Shown in pieces: positions 47,713-56,345 of a DNA stretch of 64,000 bases; the stretch's first letter is position 1, and each line of letters begins with the position of its first letter. Below the pieces are notes generated by a model. It saw only the letters and a list, made by a program, of their open reading frames with translations. It ran no database searches and had not been told where the DNA came from. The position numbers and the translations under genes are program-made. This DNA is from an uncultured Candidatus Binatia bacterium (GTDB taxonomy: Bacteria > Desulfobacterota > Binatia > UBA9968 > JAJDTQ01). Location of the stretch: NCBI GenBank assembly GCA_964291295.2, contig OZ219754.1:544001-608000 (forward strand), in the 5' to 3' direction.

Positions 47713-47840
47713 GGAACCGGCTTCGAGGGCGGCTCCCGTACCCCGGGCATGATTCTCGGCGCGCGCGCCCTGCTCCACGGAAATCCCGACCCGCCGGACC
47801 ACGACATCGGGGCCGCACTCCACCAGGACCGCACTGGACG
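47713..47840 (+). pseudogene. Degenerate CoxS-type (2Fe-2S) subunit fragment
   Basis: GFEGGSRTPGMILGARALLHGNPDP..HDIGAAL aligns with GFQCGICTPG..AAKALLDRNP of the intact gene at 43625-44119, with the Cys residues lost. Confidence 0.6.
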
Positions 47841-47845
47841 TCAGG

Positions 47846-47874
47846 TTGACAACGTTACGGTGCTTCTCTATGAG
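47846..47874 (+). promoter_or_regulatory. Possible sigma70 promoter for the FAA-hydrolase/thi genes
   Basis: TTGACA-17 nt-TATGAG, about 100 nt upstream of the ATG. Confidence 0.35.
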
Positions 47875-47971
47875 GAGAGGAGTTTTCCCCGAACACCTGT
47901 ACCCATGACGCCGGAAGCGCGGAGTGACGCCGTGCGGAGGAATTCAACGGAAGCGGAGAGGGGGTTTGCCG

Positions 47972-48919
47972 ATGCGCTTCGTCACGTACAGTCTTCGCAG
48001 CAAGACCCGCCTCGGGATGATGATCGAGGATGACCAGATCATCGATCTCCGGGAGGTCAGCAGGCGCTATCTGCCCGGAAGCACGGCCTCCTACCTGGAC
48101 GGCATGCAGCCGTTCATCGAGGCGGGCGCCAAGGCGGTCAACACGGCAAGGAAGGCGGCCCGATACGTCGCGGGACTGGATTCCAAGGGCATCCGGAGAC
48201 TGGCGCAGGCGGACATGCTGGTGAAACGCAACCGTGTCCGGCTGCTGGCGCCGATTCCCGTGCCGCGCAAGAACGTGGTCTGTCTGGGAGTCAACTACCA
48301 GGAGCACATCGACGAGGGTGTGCGCGCCCGAGGCGTGCAACTCGACACGCCCGAGGTGCCGGTGTTCTTCACCAAACCGGCCACCGCGATCATCGGCGAC
48401 CAGGGTCGGCTCCTGGCCCATTCGGCCACCAGCAAAATCGACTGGGAGGTGGAGTTGGCAGTGGTCATCGGGCGGAAGGGACGCAACATCCCCCGGGCCA
48501 AGGCCAACGACTACATCTTCGGCTACACCATCTGTCTGGACATGACCGCCCGCGATCTGCAGCGCCGCCACCTTCAGTGGTGGAAGGGCAAGTCCCTGGA
48601 CACCTTCTGCCCTTTGGGGCCCGGCATCGTGCACAAGAGCGCCATGCCCGACCCGGGGAATGTAAGGCTTCAGTGCCGCGTCAATGGCGAGACCATGCAG
48701 GACGGCAACACCCGGGACATGATCTTCGATGTTCCCGCGACCATCGAACACCTGTCCGATGGTCTGACCCTGGAGCCTGGCGACATCATCAGCACCGGGA
48801 CACCCTCGGGCGTCGGTTTCGCCCGGACGCCGCCCATCTTCCTCAATGTCGGAGACAAGGTGGAAGGCGAGGTCGAGGGGATCGGCGTGCTGGAGATAAA
48901 GATCGCCGCGGCGCGCTAG
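47972..48919 (+). CDS. Fumarylacetoacetate hydrolase family protein
   Basis: VCLGVNY.EH, FFTKP, DWEVELAVVIG, DMTARDLQ, GKSLDTFCPLGP, GDIISTGTPSGVG. Confidence 0.92.
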   Translation: MRFVTYSLRSKTRLGMMIEDDQIIDLREVSRRYLPGSTASYLDGMQPFIEAGAKAVNTARKAARYVAGLDSKGIRRLAQADMLVKRNRVRLLAPIPVPRKNVVCLGVNYQEHIDEGVRARGVQLDTPEVPVFFTKPATAIIGDQGRLLAHSATSKIDWEVELAVVIGRKGRNIPRAKANDYIFGYTICLDMTARDLQRRHLQWWKGKSLDTFCPLGPGIVHKSAMPDPGNVRLQCRVNGETMQDGNTRDMIFDVPATIEHLSDGLTLEPGDIISTGTPSGVGFARTPPIFLNVGDKVEGEVEGIGVLEIKIAAAR

Positions 48920-48953
48920 TGTCGCGGCGCGTATCCTGCAGGCTCCGGCCAGG

Positions 48954-49163
48954 GTGTCCGCTGTGGTCATTCGAATCAACGGCAAGGACAGCGAAGTGGC
49001 GCCGGACATCAGCGTCGCACGACTGCTGGAGGATCTGGAGGTTCGGCCCGGCCGCGTGGTGGTGGAGTTGAACGCCGAGGTGGTGGCCCGGGACGCGCAC
49101 CAGGCCACGCGGCTGAAGGAAGGCGACGAGGTGGAGATCGTTCACTTCGTCGGCGGCGGATAG
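48954..49163 (+). CDS. thiS: Sulfur carrier protein ThiS
   Basis: INGK...[10 protein letters not shown]...[14 protein letters not shown]-terminus; precedes thiG. Confidence 0.93.
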   Translation: MSAVVIRINGKDSEVAPDISVARLLEDLEVRPGRVVVELNAEVVARDAHQATRLKEGDEVEIVHFVGGG

Positions 49164-49167
49164 CGCC

Positions 49168-49977
<810 letters not shown>

Positions 49978-50014
49978 GCGCGGGCGGGAGGCCGCCGTCG
50001 GGGAAACGCAGACC

Positions 50015-50641
50015 TTGAGTGCCATCGAGTTCGACCTGTATCTGGTCACCGACCGCAACCGCACCGCGGGGCGCTCTCTCCCGTGGGTGCTGGAGCAGGC
50101 CCTGGAGGCGGGCGTCCGGGCCGTGCAGCTCCGGGAGAAGGATCTGGGGGGAGCGGCGTTGCTCGAACTGGCCGGCCGCGTGAAGCGGTTGTGCGACCGC
50201 CACGGCGCCGCACTCTTCATCAACGACCGCGTGGACGTAGCCTTGGCCGCGGGCGCCGCCGGCGTGCATCTGGCGTCCCGTTCGATGCCGGTGGAGGTGG
50301 CCCGCGCACTTCTCGGCCCGGACCGGCGGATCGGCGTCTCCACCCATTCCGCGGAGGAGGTTCTCGCCGCCGCCGAGGCAGGCGCCGACTTCGTGCTGTT
50401 CGGACCGATCTACCCCACTTCTTCAAAGCTCCCCTTGGGAGCCCCGCAAGGCCCGGCCGCCCTCAAGGCCGTCACCGGCGCCGCGTCCATACCGGTCTTC
50501 GCCATCGGCGGCATCAAGCCGCGTCACCTGCCGGAGATCAAGGCCCACGGCACCGCCAGCGTCGCCATCATCTCCGCCATCTCCGAAGCATCCGACCCCA
50601 GGGCCGCGGCCCGGGACATGCTGGCGGCGCTGCGGGCCTGA
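50015..50641 (+). CDS. thiE: Thiamine-phosphate synthase
   Basis: LYLVTD, VQLREKD, INDRVD, GVHL, GVSTHS, PTSSK, FAIGGI. Confidence 0.9.
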   Translation: MSAIEFDLYLVTDRNRTAGRSLPWVLEQALEAGVRAVQLREKDLGGAALLELAGRVKRLCDRHGAALFINDRVDVALAAGAAGVHLASRSMPVEVARALLGPDRRIGVSTHSAEEVLAAAEAGADFVLFGPIYPTSSKLPLGAPQGPAALKAVTGAASIPVFAIGGIKPRHLPEIKAHGTASVAIISAISEASDPRAAARDMLAALRA

Positions 50642-50754
50642 GCCGGTGCGGTGGAACCGAGGCGGCGCGGACGCAACGCCGCGCCAGCGTCCAGATTCCC
50701 GCGCCCGCGCCTGGGCGGTCATTTCCGGGAATGCGGCAATCCGGGCGGGACAGG

Positions 50755-50805
50755 ATGCGTCGGAACGGAATGCGTCAGGGCCAAATGCGTCGGAGCGGAA
50801 TGCGG
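50755..50805. repeat. Degenerate 15-bp tandem repeat (ATGCGTCGGA.CGGA-like, about 3.5 units)
   Basis: ATGCG recurs at 50755, 50770, 50785 and 50800. Confidence 0.65.
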
Positions 50806-50875
50806 TTGTTGCCGAACCACGTTTGAGTGTCATCCGCCGCTTGCGTTATGGTTGCAGCCCGGAAGGAGACCCGCC

Positions 50876-51583
50876 ATGCGCGATTGGGAGAAGATCGTCC
50901 CCACCTACGACCGCCAAGTATATGAAAAGGCCGGATACAAGGGCAGGCAGGCCTTCGGGCGGCGGCCGGCGCTGCTGATCATCGACGTCATCATGGCCTT
51001 CACCGGGACGAAACCGATGGAGACCCTCGACGCCATCGACGAGTTCCGATCAAGCTGCGGCACAGCCGCGTGGCAGGCGCTGCCGCACATCCGGAAGCTG
51101 CTGGTGGCGTGCCGCAGGAACAAGGTGCCGGTGATCTACTCCACCAGCGACCCCGAGTTCAAGGCGGTCTTCGGCAACGCCACCAAGCGGGCCGCGGAGC
51201 CCACCACCGCCGGCGGCACGGCCATGGAGTTCCCGCAGGCGATCCGCCCCCGAAAGGACGAGTACGTGGTGCGCAAGGCCCGCGCCAGCGCGTTCTTCGG
51301 CACCCACCTGATCACCTGGCTGACGCGCCGGAACGTGGACTCGCTGATCGTTACCGGCGCCTCCACCTCCGGCTGCGTCCGCTCCACGGTCATCGACGGT
51401 TATTCCTACGGCTTCCCCGTGTTCGTGGTGGAGGAGGGCACCTTCGATCGCTCGCAGTTCTCGCACCTGGTGAACCTCTACGAGATGAACAGCCGGTACG
51501 CGACCGTGGTGACCCGTGCGGAGGCGCTGGCGCACGTGGAGTCGCTGCGGGTCGTCCCGAAGCTCCGGGCGGCGCAGCGGTAG
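50876..51583 (+). CDS. Isochorismatase-family cysteine hydrolase
   Basis: PALLIIDV, K.RASAFFGT, GASTSGCVRSTVID; RBS AAGGAG. Confidence 0.9.
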   Translation: MRDWEKIVPTYDRQVYEKAGYKGRQAFGRRPALLIIDVIMAFTGTKPMETLDAIDEFRSSCGTAAWQALPHIRKLLVACRRNKVPVIYSTSDPEFKAVFGNATKRAAEPTTAGGTAMEFPQAIRPRKDEYVVRKARASAFFGTHLITWLTRRNVDSLIVTGASTSGCVRSTVIDGYSYGFPVFVVEEGTFDRSQFSHLVNLYEMNSRYATVVTRAEALAHVESLRVVPKLRAAQR

Positions 51584-51727
51584 GAGGGCGAGAGAAGGGA
51601 TCGACGCCGGGAATCGGCGCTGAGCACCGCGGGCGCGCCTGACTGCGCGCGGCGAGCCGAGAATTTCAACAACGGACAATTGGCGGACAGGGTTCCATAC
51701 CGGGGAAGTTCAATACGGAGAAGTTCA

Positions 51728-52525
51728 ATGAGAGAACTCGGACTCAAGGACAAGGTGGTGTTGATTACCGGCGGCGGCGGCGTGCTCGGCACGGCCTTCT
51801 CGCAGGGCTTCGCCGATCACGGCGCGAAGCTGGCCATCAACGACCTCAAGGAAGAAAAGGCCCTCGAGTGCATCGGCAGGCTGACGGGCGAGGTGGAGGC
51901 GATTCCCGCCCCCTGCGACGTTTCCGATGACGCGGACGTGGCCCGCATGGTCCACGGCGTGGTGGAGCGGCTCGGCGGCATCGACGTGCTGGTCAACGCG
52001 GCCGCCGTGCAGGTCTACCCGCCCAAGAGCATCATCGACATGGAGCCCGGCGAATGGGACTTCGTGCTGGACATCTGCCTCAAGGCCGCCTATCTGTGCA
52101 CCCGCCACGCGGCGCCGGTGATGCGGCGGCGGGGCGGCGGGAAGATCGTCAACATCGCCTCCATCGCCGGTCACCGGGGCACCGCCGGCGGCTCCGCCTA
52201 CAGCGCCGCCAAGGGCGGCGTCGTCATGCTCACCCGGCAGATGGCCGTGGAACTCGGCCGCGACAACATCAATGTCAACTCCGTCAGCCCGGGCTTCACC
52301 CCCAACCGCCTCACCACCATCTACGAGTACGAAGCCATGGCCAAAGGTGCCCCTGAGGGTCCCGCGCCCGCACACGCCGCCGGCGAGTTCACGCCGCCCG
52401 CCCTGGGCCGCAAGGGCGAGGTCGAAGATTTCGTCGGCCCGGTGCTGTTCCTGGCTTCCCGATGGGCCGACTACATCACCGGCACGGACCTGCCGGTGGA
52501 GGGAGGGCGGATGGCGGCGCGGTGA
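51728..52525 (+). CDS. Short-chain dehydrogenase/reductase (SDR)
   Basis: TGGGGVLG, VNAA, NIASIAG, YSAAK, VNSVSPG. Confidence 0.92.
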   Translation: MRELGLKDKVVLITGGGGVLGTAFSQGFADHGAKLAINDLKEEKALECIGRLTGEVEAIPAPCDVSDDADVARMVHGVVERLGGIDVLVNAAAVQVYPPKSIIDMEPGEWDFVLDICLKAAYLCTRHAAPVMRRRGGGKIVNIASIAGHRGTAGGSAYSAAKGGVVMLTRQMAVELGRDNINVNSVSPGFTPNRLTTIYEYEAMAKGAPEGPAPAHAAGEFTPPALGRKGEVEDFVGPVLFLASRWADYITGTDLPVEGGRMAAR

Positions 52526-52628
52526 CACGACCGCGGCCGGTGGGATGGAGGCGTGACGGGCGGCCATTGGCTTGCCCACACGCGCACCGGGCTGTTAGAT
52601 TGGAACTTTCCAATGGGCATTTTCCCCC

Positions 52629-52672
52629 TCGCGTAACCTTTGCGTATCACTTGCGTAACCCTTGCGTAACCC
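52629..52672. repeat. Four 11-bp tandem units (consensus TTGCGTAACCC) directly upstream of the tRNA
   Basis: TCGCGTAACCT / TTGCGTATCAC / TTGCGTAACCC / TTGCGTAACCC. Confidence 0.8.
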
Positions 52673-52680
52673 ATTCCTCG

Positions 52681-52756
<76 letters not shown>

Positions 52757-52787
52757 GCCTTTTCCATGACCCGGGCGGGAGGAGCGG

Positions 52788-54017
52788 TCAGTCGTACCTC
52801 GTCTCCAGGTCCACGTCCGCCCAGTTCCCGGCATCCATCATCATGGCCCGGCGGGCATAGAACTGGCGGAGGCGCTTGCCGCCGCCGAAAGCGCCGGACT
52901 TCTCTTCGTATCCGAGGTGGGCCTGAAGGTTCTGCGGGTAGCGCCGGGCAATGACGCCGCGGGCCGTGCCGGTGCACTGCTCCCGGTTGTTCATGTCGTC
53001 CTGTTCCAGGTTGCCGCTGGAGCCGAAGGTCTGGGTAAGGTGGCGCCGCATGGCGGCCTTGACCTCCGGAGGGGCATCCTTGTCGACGACGCACCAGGAC
53101 CAGATCCCGGTCTTCTCGGGACCCCTGGGGTGCCAGACGCGGATCATGTGACGGATGAAGTTGGGCGAGACGTTGGGAAAGACCGTGGTGACGAGTCCGG
53201 CCTGTCGGGCGAGGCCGGGGCCGATGCGCTCCACCGCCTCGTCGAAGTGATCGAGCAGATAGTCCCGGATAATGCCGCCGGCGACCCGCGTGAAGCCGAT
53301 GTCATCGGCGTGGGGCCGGGGCTCCTCGTTGGTGCGAGTGTAGGAGAGATCGTCCACCGGCACCTGGCGCACCGAGGCGTGGGTTACCGTGTGGTGGCCG
53401 TCGTCGCCGAAGAAGTTGTCGGCGGCGTACTTCCAGTTGGCGTGCATCACCCACTTGTGCACGCCGCCGATGACCTCCGTGCCGCCGGCGCGCCGGTCGA
53501 ACATGATCCCCAATTCCCCATCCTGGCCGCCCAGATAGTCCATCAACCGCGGCGCCTCGGGATCGAAGGTGGCGAAGATCAGCCCCTTCCAGATGTCCAG
53601 CTGCGCCACCTCCACCAGCCCCCATTGCGTCATGTCCAGTTCGTTGCCGTAGATCTCCTTCATCCCCGGAACGCCCGTGAGCCTGCCGTCGCTGCCGTAG
53701 CACCAGCCGTGGTACGTACACATCAGCGACCCGGCGTTGCCCCGGTCGGCCCGGCACACCCGGTTGCCCCGGTGACGGCACATGTTGAGAAACGCCCGCA
53801 CCTTCCCGTCCTCCCCCCGCCACAACAGCACCGGGTCCTCGCCCATGTAGGCCGCAAGAAAATCACCGGCATCCGGGATCTGGCTCTCGTGCCCCAGAAA
53901 CAGCCAGCAGCGGGCGAAAATCCGCTCCAGCTCCTGCTCATGGATGTCCCGGGAAACGAAAATCTCGCGGTCCAGCAACCCCTGTTCCGTATCCACGAAT
54001 CGGTTCATGCGATCCAT
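52788..54017 (-). CDS. Rieske aromatic ring-hydroxylating dioxygenase alpha subunit
   Basis: CRHRG...CTYHGW Rieske ligands, NWKYAADNF, DGHH...H and EQDD mononuclear iron motifs; start 54017 or 54008. Confidence 0.9.
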   Translation of the reverse strand: MDRMNRFVDTEQGLLDREIFVSRDIHEQELERIFARCWLFLGHESQIPDAGDFLAAYMGEDPVLLWRGEDGKVRAFLNMCRHRGNRVCRADRGNAGSLMCTYHGWCYGSDGRLTGVPGMKEIYGNELDMTQWGLVEVAQLDIWKGLIFATFDPEAPRLMDYLGGQDGELGIMFDRRAGGTEVIGGVHKWVMHANWKYAADNFFGDDGHHTVTHASVRQVPVDDLSYTRTNEEPRPHADDIGFTRVAGGIIRDYLLDHFDEAVERIGPGLARQAGLVTTVFPNVSPNFIRHMIRVWHPRGPEKTGIWSWCVVDKDAPPEVKAAMRRHLTQTFGSSGNLEQDDMNNREQCTGTARGVIARRYPQNLQAHLGYEEKSGAFGGGKRLRQFYARRAMMMDAGNWADVDLETRYD

Positions 54018-54104
54018 CCCGTTCCCCGGAGCGTTCCCCGGAGCATCCCGGCTCGGACCCGTCGAAAGAACCGGAGGGCCGGAGCAGCCTGATTCCACGG
54101 CGCG

Positions 54105-54135
54105 ATTATACAGGGATCCGCAAGATGCTTGTCAA
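54105..54135 (-). promoter_or_regulatory. Consensus sigma70 hexamers with a 19-nt spacer upstream of the dioxygenase
   Basis: Minus strand TTGACA (54135-54130) - 19 nt - TATAAT (54110-54105). Confidence 0.6.
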
Positions 54136-54158
54136 CGTTCGCGCGTCAACCCTGCCTG

Positions 54159-54341
54159 TCAGCCAGCCAAGGGCGGCATGGGTTCAGGTCTGCCGGTGGC
54201 CGTCAACACAAGGCCGCCACGCTGTTTGAGTATGGCGCGCACGGTTGCCGCAGCCTCACGCCGCGTTCCCGTGTTGGCTTTGCACTCGATCGTTCCCGAC
54301 TCCCCGACGGCAACGATTGCGGCATTCTGCTCAGGCGTCAC
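54159..54341 (-). pseudogene. AlbA_2/Schlafen-like domain N-terminal remnant
   Basis: MTPEQ.AAIVA.GESGTIECKANTGTRREAAATVRAILKQRGGLVL matches the GESETLEFK...A.LN..GG..L pattern with substitutions; truncated. Confidence 0.6.
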
Positions 54342-54405
54342 CGGCCATAATCGTCACAGAGCTTGGCTTCCGAAACCGCTGAACGATCTGCAAGGCACGC
54401 TACCT

Positions 54406-56313
54406 CTATGAGGGTTTCGCTTCCGAAGGCGCATTGGTCAGCGAAGAATCCGCGGGGCATACGATCTGCTCGAGAATACGGATTACTTCCCCGAAGTGGC
54501 GGAAGTCCTCGACCGTTCCGTGGCTCCTCAACCAGTCGCAGAGGTTCCTCTTCTCGTCGTCATTGACACTCCAGGATTCCGGAACACACTCTTCCTTTCC
54601 CCTTACAGTTTTGGTGTGCGATGAAGCGATATCGATAAACCTTGGGTGTTGCTGTTGAGCCCTCTCCAACGTTGCCTTGCCAAAAAGATTCTCGACTCCT
54701 TTATTTATGGGGTGTTCTCCGACGCGGGGAATCTTCCTCTTGTGAATGTTGCCTTTGTCGTCGTCGTCGAGTGGGCTTTCAGGATCATGCAGCAAAACTA
54801 CTGTCTTCTCAGACAGTCCGGGGATGCCTGCAAGCTTTTCAAGATTCGTCCAGATCGTCTTGAGTCTTCCATTACCCCCAGCAGCCTGCACTTCGAACTT
54901 CTCCAGGACGTCATTTTTCCCTAGCAACTCCGCCGCCCGCCGCAAGTAATCCCGGTCCGTTTTGCCTTCGACAAATAGAATCGGGCGTTGTGCCTTTTCG
55001 ACCTGCGCCCGGATTGCCTTCGAGAACTCGGTAGTAACCTTGAATGCTTGAAACGCCTGCCCGAACTCATCAAAGTCTTCTGGAGCAATGCGAGAGCCGT
55101 TCGGCAGGTCGTAGACCTCGAAATCGTCTTCTCCGAATACCTTTGCCATTCCGAGGACGACCAGTGGCGAGTGCGTGGTCATTACAAACTGAATTTGGGG
55201 AAACATATGCACCAAACTCGGGAGTATGTCATGCTGATGCCGTGAATGGAGGTGAAGGTCTATTTCATCAATTACTACGATCCCTTTCACATCTTTGGTT
55301 GCCGCGAAAGACACATTGCGTGCCTCTCTTAAGTCATAGTCTCTTAGTATGGAAAGAAACAGCGCCAATAGAGCCATCTCTCCACTGGACAACTGGAATA
55401 GATTCGGCACCACCGTCTGCTGATCGGACTCCAGGGTTATGATGCGATTATGTCTTCCGCCAATGCCAAACCGAAGATTTTTCTCTATGGCCAATTCTCG
55501 TATGATCATCTGCAAGATGTTGCGCGCCAATTGGTACACATTAGTAGCATCACCACTATATCCCATAAAAACGGGAAGATTCAAATTTCTGGATCGGGTA
55601 CTACCCGGTGTAGAAGCAAGAATAGAGAATGACGGGGATTGTACTTCGAAAGCTGCACGATCATAGGCAACGTCGTACAGCCAGTCGTGGATGTCTCGAA
55701 GTGGTGAATGAGCGATTAGCCGGCGTCGAGTCTCACCTTTTCGGTGGACTCCCTGCTTATAGTGCGGCTTGGCGCGCAGATTTTCCTGATTCAGCCAAGC
55801 CGGTTCTTCGGCGCGATTGGACGGGAAGTAGAGCAGACAGTTAGCCGATACCATCTCCTTTATGAGTGCAGCCTGCGACCGCTCCAGTATATTGGTCTCG
55901 ATATGGTCCATCTCGTCACTGTCAAATTTTCCCGTCCAAGCATCAGAACCGAGTCCGTCCACGCCCATCGGTGGCTCGGTATACTCATGCTTGGGTTTTG
56001 TCAGGCGAAGTTCCCGAACGAAGTGCCCGGACTGGAAGTCACACCGGGCGTAGTAGTACTCGGCGCCGACCGAGACGTAGAAGCCGCTGCGTAGCTTGAA
56101 TACTTTTCCGACATCCACTTCACTTGAGTCTTGGTAAGCCGTGTCCTTGGCCATGAGCATGGCGTTGACTATGTGGGAAAGAACTATGGTTTTGCCGGAC
56201 CCGTTCTCGCCGACCAGTAAAACAGGCTTTGGGCGTGCGTCATCGAACGGGAAGCGGATGTCCAGATCCCGGAGCGGCCCGTAGTTCGTCAGTTGAAGTC
56301 GCGTCAGGTACAT
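54406..56313 (-). CDS. ABC-type (AAA_15/AAA_21-like) ATPase fused to a C-terminal TOPRIM-like domain (OLD-like defence protein)
   Basis: Walker A GENGSGKT, LSSGE signature, Walker B VVIDEIDLHLH, TTHSP switch, ILFVEGKTD TOPRIM motif; visibly lower GC than the flanks. Confidence 0.82.
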   Translation of the reverse strand: MYLTRLQLTNYGPLRDLDIRFPFDDARPKPVLLVGENGSGKTIVLSHIVNAMLMAKDTAYQDSSEVDVGKVFKLRSGFYVSVGAEYYYARCDFQSGHFVRELRLTKPKHEYTEPPMGVDGLGSDAWTGKFDSDEMDHIETNILERSQAALIKEMVSANCLLYFPSNRAEEPAWLNQENLRAKPHYKQGVHRKGETRRRLIAHSPLRDIHDWLYDVAYDRAAFEVQSPSFSILASTPGSTRSRNLNLPVFMGYSGDATNVYQLARNILQMIIRELAIEKNLRFGIGGRHNRIITLESDQQTVVPNLFQLSSGEMALLALFLSILRDYDLREARNVSFAATKDVKGIVVIDEIDLHLHSRHQHDILPSLVHMFPQIQFVMTTHSPLVVLGMAKVFGEDDFEVYDLPNGSRIAPEDFDEFGQAFQAFKVTTEFSKAIRAQVEKAQRPILFVEGKTDRDYLRRAAELLGKNDVLEKFEVQAAGGNGRLKTIWTNLEKLAGIPGLSEKTVVLLHDPESPLDDDDKGNIHKRKIPRVGEHPINKGVENLFGKATLERAQQQHPRFIDIASSHTKTVRGKEECVPESWSVNDDEKRNLCDWLRSHGTVEDFRHFGEVIRILEQIVCPADSSLTNAPSEAKPS

Positions 56314-56345
56314 GCGCTTTTTCTACCGGGTGGTCAGTGTCCCGG

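Noticed and set aside
47875-48953. TPP riboswitch ahead of thiS-thiG-thiE
   Set aside because: Only 34 nt separate thiS from the upstream gene, and I saw no conserved TPP motifs there or before the FAA-hydrolase gene
50731-52672. Short repeat arrays as a CRISPR array
   Set aside because: Units are 11-15 bp with no unique spacers, and there are no cas genes
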